From: Oikopleura dioica
Lineage: Eukaryota > Animalia > Chordata
Assembly (NCBI GenBank): GCA_907165135.1
Contig: OU015570.1
Location: 2,852,376 to 2,916,375, forward strand
Reading direction: 5' to 3'
DNA: 64,000 nt
The position numbers and the translations under genes were made by a program. Every line of letters begins with the position of its first letter. The first letter of the stretch is position 1. The notes under the pieces were generated by a model. That model saw nothing but the letters and a program-made list of their open reading frames with translations, was not told the origin of the DNA and searched no databases. Positions 20,483-33,092 of the stretch are shown here, in pieces.

Positions 20483-21057
20483 GACGCGCTTTTTTACGGT
20501 TGGATTCTTATAACATTTGATTGAGTTAACCAAATCTGGAGTTTTTGGGATCAAAATGATCCTCTCGAAAAATTATAATTTTCTAATGCATTAGATTTTG
20601 AAAATTAAGTACCAATTTTCCGGAAATGATTTTAGGTACTCTAAAATATCGTTAGATCGGGACGAAACTAGTACCAGAAAGATCGCCAGAAATTTTCATG
20701 AAGAATGGTACTCAATTTGCTTCGTTTCGAACGTGTCCTTACAAAATAGACGGTAATTGTATTTCAGTACTTTTGGGTATCTTGAGATTGTGATAAAATG
20801 CTCAAAAAGATAGATTATAGTCTGGTTATAGTATCAATCTTCATGAAATTTTATGGCGATCTTTTGGTACTAGTTTCGTCCCGATTGAACAACATTTAGG
20901 GGTACCTAAAATCACTTCCGGAAAATTGGTACCTAATTTTCAAAAACTAATGCATTGGAAAATTTTTATTTTTCGAGAGGATCACTTTGAGCCCATAAAC
21001 TCCAGGTTTGATTAACTCTATCAAAAGTTATAAAATCCAACCGCAAAAAAGCGCGTC
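20483..21057. mobile_element. MITE with long (about 220 bp) TIRs and 3-bp TSD (PIF/Harbinger-like)
   Basis: Ends GACGCGCTTTTTT / AAAAAAGCGCGTC, TSD ATA. The empty site GTCACGCATAGGGT is present in the paralogous unit near 25745. Confidence 0.8.
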
Positions 21058-22956
21058 ATAGGGTAAAAATCAAAAAATATTTAAACCCGCTTTTACGCAA
21101 TTTAAGCTAAATTGCATTCCAAAAATCTAGAAAATATTTTTACCCATGTTTTTTTCGTTTGATGCTGATTTGCAGTCCAAAAAGAAAATTGACCCTTTTT
21201 TTGACAGCAACATAGGCGGAAATTCGAAAAAACAGGCTTTAATATTTCTTTGAATTTCTTGGACTTATTATCACCTGAAAACTATTTTTTGAAAAATATA
21301 TTCAAACTCGTTTTTGGCGTTTGTTGGTCATTTTGAATCCATTTTTATCGCAAAATGATTGTGACCCGTTTTTTCGTTTTCAGGTGATACTGAGTGCAAA
21401 AATTCAAAAATATTTTAACCTGCTTTTCTGCGTTTTCAGATTGAAAACAGTTTTTGTATTTTTGGACTAAACATCAGCTTATAGTGCAAAAACGGGAAAA
21501 AGAACAGGTTAAATTGACTTTAACCTCTAACGGACCGTTAGGCTCGCCATGAAATCTTGAAGTCGCGAGCGAGTATGTTTTTCTGATTCCCCATGTTCTA
21601 AAACCCAAAAGTCTCCATATAACCACACCCTTAAACTCAGCCAAAAAATTTTAGAGGGAATTTTTGATAAAAATGGCTCTTTTTCGGGGTCTCATTGCTT
21701 AACCGAAAAAATAAACAAAGAAAACCTCTCAAAACTCCTTATATTTGATATAAATATAAAGCTGAGAGTCTGAGCTTTAATTAGCAGTATTGGTTCGGGC
21801 TCTATCTAAGAATTTTTAGCGAAAAAATGGCCTTTTTGAGAAAAATCAAAAATTGACGTTATTTTTTATCAATCATTTAATTTTTTCTGTAGTTTACTTC
21901 GATTCTCCCCAGATCTGAGACTAGACTCTTACAGAATGAAGCCTTGCGCTTCTTTCAAGTAGTTTGCCGGGTCGGGAAAACTTGGGGAACTCGAGATATC
22001 CAAGGTTTTCTGGTTAAAATTAGGCCGAAAAACTGTGAATTTGAGGGATTTTAAGTAGGATTTTATTTGGATTTCTGGGCAAAATCTTGATCCCAACTTC
22101 GTAAATAGCTTATTCAAAAGAGCATAAAAAGTTATGCTCGAAAAATTGAAAAATGTTGAAATTTCCGGAGAAATGACGTCATGGCACGTGATCGAAGTCC
22201 GAAAACAGGATTTTGGACCTAGCTCTAGAATTTTTCCCCAAGACTTACGGCTGACAGAGACATATCATACGAATCAGGAAAAAACGGGGATCATTTTAAG
22301 GTGCAATTCGTAGGGGAGAATTGACATCGACTTTTTTTTGGCGAGTCTAACCCTTTCATGTTTTTCCGCGCTTTCATCTGATTTGCAGGCCAAGAAAATA
22401 TTTTTTCCGGTTTTTTCATTCATAGCTGATTAGGAGAGAGGCTGCGAACAAAATTCTGGCTTAAAACGAAGTTTTGACCACATTTTTGCACGATTTACGA
22501 TAACCATCACTAAATAAATTATCTGACGATTTTTACTTTGGAGACTTTGAAGATAGGTGAAACTATTTTTCATCGAAAATTATTGTTATTCTTGAAAATT
22601 CTCTCAATTTTCCGTCTAAAAGTATAAATTTATAAAAAAAGATTGCTCTCGAATTCTGCTTGGGAGACGCAAATGAAAATTTCAGTATAAGGGTCGAAAT
22701 TATTTTGCGCCGTGAAGGGCTTTCAAATCACCTGGATACGCCAAAAACGGATTTTAATTTTTTGATGTTTTTGACTGCAAACCGCGAAAATACGAGAAAA
22801 ATATTTTTAATTTTTTGAGCTTATTATCGCCTTAAATGCCAAAAACGGGTCAAAACCTGTTCTTAAAGCCGTTTTTTTCATTTAGCGGATTCACAGTCAA
22901 AAATAAAAAATATTTAAACCCGTTATCTTGCGTTATCAGGAGATTTTAAGTCAATT

Positions 22957-23750
22957 TGATATCGAAAGCAAAATGTCCTAAGAATGTCTCTCAACTGCTA
23001 GAATGCAAATCACATGCGATAAAATAGAAACTCAATTTTTAATTAAAACGATGTGGCGGTGGATGTATTTGTGGAAAGAATGATTTTTCGAAAGCAGAAA
23101 TTTTTGAAATTTCATATGCAGATGTTTTTCAATAACAATAACATTTCCATAAAAGGAAAATTTCGCGTCCTCGTTGTTTTTCATTCGCAGCGCGCATTAC
23201 GCGCGATTGTTTTTCTTTCCCAAATGCTCCAAATAACCGCACCAAACACCACCAAATCGCTTCTTTTCTTATCACTGCAACTCAAGATTCTCACTATGTG
23301 ACCTCAAGAATTGACAGTAATTTCCAGTTTTAGTCCAGATCTAAATTCGTCGTCGTTTCCATAGCAAGTTTCGTTGTCCAAGTGGTAGTTGTTGTAGTTG
23401 TTGTCATCACCGTCGTCCGAAATGGCCGTTGTGTAGTTGCGTAACAAGCTCAAAAGTTTGGATTACCTAGAGGCGCTCATTTCCGCGGTTGACCGTTTTG
23501 GCATTTTCTTGCCCGGGCACTTTGCGGAAAGCCGGACATAAACCACCAATTTTATGTCCGGAAGCCTAGCTAGTAAGAGCAATAATTCAAGTGAAGACAT
23601 AGAAGAGAACCAAGTTGTCGGCGTCGTAGAAGCAAAATCCGTCGATTATTAATTTACCTTTTTGTACTGTCAATAATTATGAACAAATAGTGATTTTTTA
23701 ACTAGAGCTTTGTCATCCTTTTTCATGCAATAAGAAATAATGAAAGAAAA
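22957..23750 (-). mobile_element. LTR fragment of a fourth A/C-related family embedded in the tandem unit (copies from 27652, 47852; inverted copy ending 53533)
   Basis: The minus strand ends GCATTCTAGCAGTTGAGAGACATTCTTAGGACATTTTGCTTTCGATATCA, matching the A/C LTR end GCATTCTAGAGTTAGAGA…TTCTTGCAGGACAGCCGCTTCCGTATCA. It also shares ATTATTGACAGT. Confidence 0.65.
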
Positions 23751-23756
23751 CGGTAG

Positions 23757-24236
23757 ACGCTTGTTATGTCCCCGAATTTCCCGAATGTCCCCGAATGTCC
23801 CGAATGTCCCCGAATGTCCCCGAATGTCCCCGAATGTCCCGAATGTCCCCGAATGTCCCCGAATGTCCCCGAATGTCCCGAATGTCCCGAATGTCTGCAA
23901 TCAGGACTAGACTAGACCGACAGGACTAGAGTTTGTATCAATGTCTCCGTCGGATCATGCAAAAATAGTGCAAAATAAGAACTCAATAAAAACTTTACCT
24001 TACTAACCCTAACGTTATTGTTTTCGCAAAATGTCAAAAGAAGGAAGCGCTCCGCGCAATTTGTGGTAGAAAACTCATTGAATTTAGCAAAATAATCGTC
24101 TCTAGAACAAAATTATTATGAAAAAATCTGTTTTTCCTTATGAAAAGGTTTTTCTTTTTTGGCCTTTTATATAAAAAGTCGGGGACATTGGAGACATTCT
24201 GGACATTCGGGACATTCGGGGACATAACAAGGGCGT
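23757..24236. mobile_element. Foldback element with (GAATGTCCCC)n arms, one per tandem unit
   Basis: TIR ACGC(C)CTTGTTATGTCCCC plus 9-10-bp tandem arms. The internal GGAAGCGCTCCGCGC.ATTTGTGGTAGAAAACTCA is shared with the 17825 element. Copies near 28450, 48630 and 52270 (inverted). Confidence 0.7.
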
Positions 24237-27200
24237 TCCAAGAAAACCTGCCTTAGTTGAGATGATGTGAACACACGCGTACGTGCCAAAATAACAAAAT
24301 AAACAGATGTATATTTTCCCCAAATTAATTTTGTTTTGTCAATAATCCCTAATTCACTTATCTTAATAAAAATTAACGGATCTTACCCACTAAGTTAGGA
24401 ATTATAGACGTGAAATGAAGAAACTTTTCGGTTTTACTCTGATCGATTTTTGATTATTTTGTGTGATTTCTAACTGGCGAAGACCGTGACTCTGGCAAGT
24501 TTAAACTAACCCCATCCCTGGCAAATTTAAATTACGGGGCTTGACGGTCCTACGGGCCGTCTCAGCCCCATCCCTGGCAAATTTAAATTAAGGGGCTTGA
24601 CAAAGGCCGGTCCAGTCCCCAACCCCTCCCACTTCCTTTTCCAAATTTATTTTTATTCACCCGTTTTTATTTTTTGTTATGGTTTATGTATAATTTTTTT
24701 AAAAACCTCCCGTCACCCTTAATTTGTCTTTAAAATTATTTATCAATATCAAATTATTATTATTTTTGAAAAAACGACGAGAGCTTTTATATAAGTGTAA
24801 AAAGTAACAATGATTTTTCGGTCATGCTTTGTTTGTGTGAGCCGTCATAATCAGAGAAAGTCAATATTGGTACGATCTTTACGGTCACCGATTTAAAGGT
24901 TATTTCGGTCATCAGTTGTCTTTTTAATTATCCTTAGCGCTATTCTCATCTAAGCAACAAACCGAAACGGTTTATTGACCGAGAATTATCACAGAGTGTA
25001 AGAGATAATTTGATTGCTGCGGAATTTTAAGGCGAGACAAGAAGATAAAAAGAATCTCGATGCGTTTTTCGGTATTTTTTATTAAAGTTAGTAAGTAGTT
25101 AAATGTTTAAGTAGTTTTCAATGCATTTCGAAGCGTTTATATATTTTATAAAAATATTAATCGACGATTTCAGGAAAATTTTTTAAAAAGATAATTAATG
25201 CATTAAAGGGGTAGGGTCCCCGTACACGGTCAAGTCTCAGAATCGGTTATTGACCATTTCTTCTGAATATTCATGAAATTCTGAGCAAAACACCCTGTAT
25301 GAGTTTTTCTCTATCTCAACCCATTTTCGCAAAAATTGCAGTTGTTAATGGTAAAATTAAAGCATATTGGCTAAAAGAGGTAAATTTTAAAATTTTTACA
25401 ATTAAAATGGACAGAAAATCATAAGCGTGCATCCGTGTAACGCAGAGGGTAAAAATGAAATAAATATTTAAACCCGCTTTTACGCAATTTAAGCTAAATT
25501 GCATTCCAAAAACTAGAAAATATTTTTACCCATGTTTTTCGTTTGATGCTGATTTGCAGTCAAAAAGTCCAAAAATATTTTATCCCCTTTTCTCGCGTTT
25601 TGAGCTGATTTGCAGTCCAAAAATAATTGACCTTTTTTGACAGCAAATCAGGCGGAAATTCGAAAAACAGGCTTTAATATTTTTTTGAATTTCTTGGACT
25701 TATTATCAACTTTAAACCGTGCACGCAGTGCATCCGTGTCACGCATAGGGTAAAAATTCAAAAAAATATTTAAACCCGCTTTTACGCAATTTAAGCTAAA
25801 TTGCATTCCAAAAAATCTAGAAAATATTTTTACCCATGTTTTTTTCGTTTGATGCTGATTTGCAGTCCAAAAGAAAATTGACCCTTTTTGACAGCAACAT
25901 AGGCGGAAATTCGAAAAACAGGCTTTAATATTTCTTTGAATTTCTTGGACTTATTATCACCTGAAAACTATTTTTTGAAAAATATATTCAAACTCGTTTT
26001 TGGCGTTTGTAGGTCATTTTGAATCCATTTTTATCGCAAAATGATTGTGACCCGTTTTTTCGTTTTCAGGTGTTACTGAGTGCAAAAATTCAAAAAATAT
26101 TTTAACCTGCTTTTCTGCGTTTTCAGATTGAAAACAGTTTTTGTATTTTTTGGACTAAACATCAGCTTATAGTGCAAAAAAACGGGAAAAAAGAACAGGT
26201 TAAATTGACTTTAACCTCTAACGGACCGTTAGGCTCGCCATGAAATCTTGAAGTCGCGAGCGAGTATGTTTTTCTGATTCCCCTTGTTCTAAAACCCAAA
26301 AGTCTCCATATAACCACACCCTTAAACTCAGCCAAAAAAATTTTAGAGGGAATTTTTGATAAAAATGGCTCTTTTTCGGGGTCTCATTGCTTAACCGAAA
26401 AAATAAACAAAGAAAACCTCTCAAAACTCCTTATATTTGATATAAATATAAAGCTGAGAGTCTGAGCTTTAATTAGCAGTATTGGTTCGGGCTCTATCTA
26501 AGAATTTTTAGCGAAAAAAAATGGCCTTTTTTGAGAAAAAATCAAAAATTGACGTTATTTTTTATCAATCATTTAATTTTTTTCTGTAGTTTACTTCGAT
26601 TCTCCCCAGATCTGAGACTAGACTCTTACAGAATGAAGCCTTGCGCTTCTTTCAAGTAGTTTGCCGGGTCGGGAAAACTTGGGGAACTCGAGATATCCAA
26701 GGTTTTCTGGTTAAAATTAGGCCGAAAAACTGTGAATTTGAGGGATTTTAAGTAGGATTTTATTTGGATTTCTGGGCAAAATCTTGATCCCAACTTCGTA
26801 AATAGCTTATTCAAAAGAGCATAAAAAGTTATGCTCGAAAAATTGAAAAATGTTGAAATTTCCGGAGAAATGACGTCATGGCACGTGATCGAAGTCCGAA
26901 AACAGGATTTTGGACCTAGCTCTAGAATTTTTCCCCAAGACTTACGGCTGACAGAGACATATCATACGAATCAGGAAAAAACGGGGATCATTTTAAGGTG
27001 CAATTCGTAGGGGAGAATTGACATCGACTTTTTTGGCGAGTCTAACCCTTTCATGTTTTTCCGCGCTTTCATCTGATTTGCAGGCCAAGAAAATATTTTT
27101 TCCGGTTTTTTCATTCATAGCTGATTAGGAGAGAGGCTGCGAACAAAATTCTGGCTTAAAACGAAGTTTTGACCACATTTTTGCACGATTTACGATAACC

Positions 27201-30200
27201 ATCACTAAATAAATTATCTGACGATTTTTACTTTGGAGACTTTGAAGATAGGTGAAACTATTTTTCATCGAAAATTATTGTTATTCTTGAAAATTCTCTC
27301 AATTTTCCGTCTAAAAGTATAAATTTATAAAAAAGATTGCTCTCGAATTCTGCTTGGGAGACGCAAATGAAAATTTCAGTATAAGGGTCGAAATTATTTT
27401 GCGCCGTGAAGGGCTTTCAAATCACCTGGATACGCCAAAAACGGATTTTAATTTTTTGATGTTTTTGACTGCAAACCGCGAAAATACGAGAAAAATATTT
27501 TTAATTTTTTGAGCTTATTATCGCCTTAAATGCCAAAAAACGGGTCAAAACCTGTTCTTAAAGCCGTTTTTTCATTTAGCGGATTCACAGTCAAAAAATA
27601 AAAAATATTTAAACCCGTTATCTTGCGTTATCAGGAGATTTTAAGTCAATTTGATATCGAAAGCAAAATGTCCTAAGAATGTCTCTCAACTGCTAGAATG
27701 CAAATCACATGCGATAAAATAGAAACTCAATTTTTAATTAAAACGATGTGGCGGTGGATGTATTTGTGGAAAGAATGATTTTTCGAAAGCAGAAATTTTT
27801 GAAATTTCATATGCAGATGTTTTTCAATAACAATAACATTTCCATAAAAGGAAAATTTCGCGTCCTCGTTGTTTTTCATTCGCAGCGCGCATTACGCGCG
27901 ATTGTTTTTCTTTCCCAAATGCTCCAAATAACCGCACCAAACACCACCAAATCGCTTCTTTTCTTATCACTGCAACTCAAGATTCTCACTATGTGACCTC
28001 AAGAATTGACAGTAATTTCCAGTTTTAGTCCAGATCTAAATTCGTCGTCGTTTCCATAGCAAGTTTCGTTGTCCAAGTGGTAGTTGTTGTAGTTGTTGTC
28101 ATCACCGTCGTCCGAAATGGCCGTTGTGTAGTTGCGTAACAAGCTCAAAAGTTTGGATTACCTAGAGGCGCTCATTTCCGCGGTTGACCGTTTTGGCATT
28201 TTCTTGCCCGGGCACTTTGCGGAAAGCCGGACATAAACCACCAATTTTATGTCCGGAAGCCTAGCTAGTAAGAGCAATAATTCAAGTGAAGACATAGAAG
28301 AGAACCAAGTTGTCGGCGTCGTAGAAGCAAAATCCGTCGATTATTAATTTACCTTTTGTACTGTCAATAATTATGAACAAATAGTGATTTTTTAACTAGA
28401 GCTTTGTCATCCTTTTTCATGCAATAAGAAATAATGAAAGAAAACGGTAGACGCTTGTTATGTCCCCGAATTTCCCGAATGTCCCCGAATGTCCCGAATG
28501 TCCCCGAATGTCCCCGAATGTCCCCGAATGTCCCGAATGTCCCCGAATGTCCCCGAATGTCCCCGAATGTCCCGAATGTCCCGAATGTCTGCAATCAGGA
28601 CTAGACTAGACCGACAGGACTAGAGTTTGTATCAATGTCTCCGTCGGATCATGCAAAAATAGTGCAAAATAAGAACTCAATAAAAACTTTACCTTACTAA
28701 CCCTAACGTTATTGTTTTCGCAAAATGTCAAAAGAAGGAAGCGCTCCGCGCAATTTGTGGTAGAAAACTCATTGAATTTAGCAAAATAATCGTCTCTAGA
28801 ACAAAATTATTATGAAAAATCTGTTTTTCCTTATGAAAAGGTTTTTCTTTTTTTGGCCTTTTATATAAAAAGTCGGGGACATTGGAGACATTCTGGACAT
28901 TCGGGACATTCGGGGACATAACAAGGGCGTTCCAAGAAAACCTGCCTTAGTTGAGATGATGTGAACACACGCGTACGTGCCAAAATAACAAAATAAACAG
29001 ATGTATATTTTCCCCAAATTAATTTTGTTTTGTCAATAATCCCTAATTCACTTATCTTAATAAAAATTAACGGATCTTACCCACTAAGTTAGGAATTATA
29101 GACGTGAAATGAAGAAACTTTTCGGTTTTACTCTGATCGATTTTTGATTATTTTGTGTGATTTCTAACTGGCGAAGACCGTGACTCTGGCAAGTTTAAAC
29201 TAACCCCATCCCTGGCAAATTTAAATTACGGGGCTTGACGGTCCTACGGGCCGTCTCAGCCCCATCCCTGGCAAATTTAAATTAAGGGGCTTGACAAAGG
29301 CCGGTCCAGTCCCCAACCCCTCCCACTTCCTTTTCCAAATTTATTTTTATTCACCCGTTTTTATTTTTTGTTATGGTTTATGTATAATTTTTTAAAAACC
29401 TCCCGTCACCCTTAATTTGTCTTTAAAATTATTTATCAATATCAAATTATTATTATTTTTGAAAAAACGACGAGAGCTTTTATATAAGTGTAAAAAGTAA
29501 CAATGATTTTTCGGTCATGCTTTGTTTGTGTGAGCCGTCATAATCAGAGAAAGTCAATATTGGTACGATCTTTACGGTCACCGATTTAAAGGTTATTTCG
29601 GTCATCAGTTGTCTTTTTAATTATCCTTAGCGCTATTCTCATCTAAGCAACAAACCGAAACGGTTTATTGACCGAGAATTATCACAGAGTGTAAGAGATA
29701 ATTTGATTGCTGCGGAATTTTAAGGCGAGACAAGAAGATAAAAAAGAATCTCGATGCGTTTTTCGGTATTTTTTTATTAAAGTTAGTAAGTAGTTAAATG
29801 TTTAAGTAGTTTTCAATGCATTTCGAAGCGTTTATATATTTTATAAAAATATTAATCGACGATTTCAGGAAAATTTTTTTAAAAAGATAATTAATGCATT
29901 AAAGGGGTAGGGTCCCCGTACACGGTCAAGTCTCAGAATCGGTTATTGACCATTTCTTCTGAATATTCATGAAATTCTGAGCAAAACACCCTGTATGAGT
30001 TTTTCTCTATCTCAACCCATTTTCGCAAAAATTGCAGTTGTTAATGGTAAAATTAAAGCATATTGGCTAAAAGAGGTAAATTTTAAAATTTTTACAATTA
30101 AAATGGACAGAAAATCATAAGCGTGCATCCGTGTAACGCAGAGGGTAAAAATGAAATAAATATTTAAACCCGCTTTTACGCAATTTAAGCTAAATTGCAT

Positions 30201-31888
30201 TCCAAAAAATCTAGAAAATATTTTTACCCATGTTTTTTTCGTTTGATGCTGATTTGCAGTCCAAAAAGAAAATTGACCCTTTTTTGACAGCAACATAGGC
30301 GGAAATTCGAAAAACAGGCTTTAATATTTCTTTGAATTTCTTGGACTTATTATCACCTGAAAACTATTTTTTTTGAAAAAATATATTCAAACTCGTTTTT
30401 GGCGTTTGTAGGTCATTTTGAATCCATTTTTATCGCAAAATGATTGTGACCCGTTTTTTTTCGTTTTCAGGTGTTACTGAGTGCAAAAAATTCAAAAAAT
30501 ATTTTAACCTGCTTTTCTGCGTTTTCAGATTGAAAACAGTTTTTGTATTTTTTGGACTAAACATCAGCTTATAGTGCAAAAAAACGGGAAAAAAGAACAG
30601 GTTAAATTGACTTTAACCTCTAACGGACCGTTAGGCTCGCCATGAAATCTTGAAGTCGCGAGCGAGTATGTTTTTCTGATTCCCCTTGTTCTAAAACCCA
30701 AAAGTCTCCATATAACCACACCCTTAAACTCAGCCAAAAAAATTTTAGAGGGAATTTTTGATAAAAATGGCTCTTTTTCGGGGTCTCATTGCTTAACCGA
30801 AAAAATAAACAAAGAAAACCTCTCAAAACTCCTTATATTTGATATAAATATAAAGCTGAGAGTCTGAGCTTTAATTAGCAGTATTGGTTCGGGCTCTATC
30901 TAAGAATTTTTAGCGAAAAAAAATGGCCTTTTTTGAGAAAAAATCAAAAATTGACGTTATTTTTTATCAATCATTTAATTTTTTTCTGTAGTTTACTTCG
31001 ATTCTCCCCAGATCTGAGACTAGACTCTTACAGAATGAAGCCTTGCGCTTCTTTCAAGTAGTTTGCCGGGTCGGGAAAACTTGGGGAACTCGAGATATCC
31101 AAGGTTTTCTGGTTAAAATTAGGCCGAAAAACTGTGAATTTGAGGGATTTTAAGTAGGATTTTATTTGGATTTCTGGGCAAAATCTTGATCCCAACTTCG
31201 TAAATAGCTTATTCAAAAGAGCATAAAAAGTTATGCTCGAAAAATTGAAAAAATGTTGAAATTTCCGGAGAAATGACGTCATGGCACGTGATCGAAGTCC
31301 GAAAACAGGATTTTGGACCTAGCTCTAGAATTTTTTCCCCAAGACTTACGGCTGACAGAGACATATCATACGAATCAGGAAAAAACGGGGATCATTTTAA
31401 GGTGCAATTCGTAGGGGAGAATTGACATCGACTTTTTTTTGGCGAGTCTAACCCTTTCATGTTTTTCCGCGCTTTCATCTGATTTGCAGGCCAAGAAAAT
31501 ATTTTTTCCGGTTTTTTCATTCATAGCTGATTAGGAGAGAGGCTGCGAACAAAATTCTGGCTTAAAACGAAGTTTTGACCACATTTTTGCACGATTTACG
31601 ATAACCATCACTAAATAAATTATCTGACGATTTTTACTTTGGAGACTTTGAAGATAGGTGAAACTATTTTTCATCGAAAATTATTGTTATTCTTGAAAAT
31701 TCTCTCAATTTTCCGTCTAAAAGTATAAATTTATAAAAAAAAAAGATTGCTCTCGAATTCTGCTTGGGAGACGCAAATGAAAATTTCAGTATAAGGGTCG
31801 AAATTATTTTGCGCCGTGAAGGGCTTTCAAATCACCTGGATACGCCAAAAAACGGATTTTAATTTTTTTGATGTTTTTGACTGCAAAC

Positions 31889-33092
31889 TGATATCCTTAG
31901 GGAACAACGCCTCAAGCCAAATAAAAAATTTTTATTTCACGGCCAAATATTTACGCCAATTCGGTTCTACGTTAGTTTAAATTTGTCTTGTCAGCTTGGT
32001 ATCACCAAATTGATCAGACATATTTGCAAAAATCATTTCACGATATTCTACTTAAAATGAAAAGATGGTCAGTTTTAACGAGCCAGATTGACCCAAAATT
32101 GTCTTAGCATCATGTCATCTCCTTACGATCTATACGTTCTATCATTGGAATGCTCATATGCTCTCATCATAATACTTTTCTAGTGCAATCTGATGTCAAT
32201 TCATCCAAAAATATGCTATTTGCAAAACTGCATGTTTAATCTATTTATCGATATTTCTTATCATTGCTTTGCGATTTTTAAAGTTCGATTATTGACAGTG
32301 CATACGATTCAACTTCTACAACAAGAAAGTCGTCAACATCTTCTTCAACAACAACTACTCCAACGAGCCGATAAACCGTCGTATCATCTCGGTGCCGTGG
32401 GGTCGGACAAACTCTATGTCAGGGCGTCCGCTTGTCGCAAATTAGCTCATCCGTAAGAGAAGATACGGTGCGAACCGCGACAGTAACTTCCCCGGGTATG
32501 TTCCTTGGAATTTGCTTCTTCTGTGATTTCAATTTTGATAAATTCATTTTATAAAATCCTGACCAAATTTTATTCAATTTATTTGTTAAAATTTTGTATA
32601 TATTCTTTTACTTTTCTCATCCTTTTTTATTTCAACCATAATTAACAGTCACTTCTACGGTCACATAGTGAGAAGTTTAAGTGGCTGTTATTATTTTCTG
32701 CTTTTTATTTTGAAAAAATTAATTTGCGTTTTATCTCGTCACTCGCGGCGCCGGCTCCCGAAACCTTTGAAAATAACTTGCTTGGCAAGTTCGATCAGCT
32801 CGTCTTCCGAAAAGAAATCGATCCGAAAGGATTTCCCGCAAGAAAAACCGCTAAAGAAAGCCACGGGCTCTCTTCCTTGTTTTCAAAAGAAAAATTGTTT
32901 TTCAAAAACAACCGCTTGTTCAAAAACACTGATCAAATCTCGCTGCTATTTAACCCCGCGTCGCGCCTTTTTCAGTCATTCAAATCACAAATAAAACCAC
33001 GCAAATTTAAAATTTGATTCTCGTTATTTTGGCTTGGCATTCTAGAGTTAGAGATCGAGCAAAATTCTTGCAGGACAGCCGCTTCCGTATCA
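31889..33092 (+). repeat. 5' LTR of element A
   Basis: TGATATCCTTAGGG…CCGTATCA, 1204 bp, repeated at 46461. Confidence 0.95.

Noticed and set aside
21929-23301. Recurrent 60-95 aa ORFs in the tandem unit (MNKLFTK…, MAVDVFV…, MRGFLC…)
   Set aside because: Identity between copies reflects recent duplication. They have non-ATG starts, low complexity and no motifs.
23670-23900. ORFs with GTFGDIRGHS / MSRMSP repeats (also 28364, 52629, 54058-54485, 17893-18308)
   Set aside because: They are translations of the 9-10 bp minisatellite arms, with no independent coding evidence.
23757-23900. Regularly spaced short repeats as a CRISPR array
   Set aside because: No unique spacers, a eukaryotic context and no cas genes.
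24895-24920. Minus-strand CTGATGA-CC-GAAA hammerhead-like core (also about 17610, 29590, 54530)
   Set aside because: No stem II, and no stem I or III pairing. It is part of a repeated CGGTCA-containing motif.
31897-31902. TTAGGG near the start of the A/C LTRs as a telomere seed
   Set aside because: A single hexamer is expected by chance, and healing occurred about 340 bp downstream of it in C.
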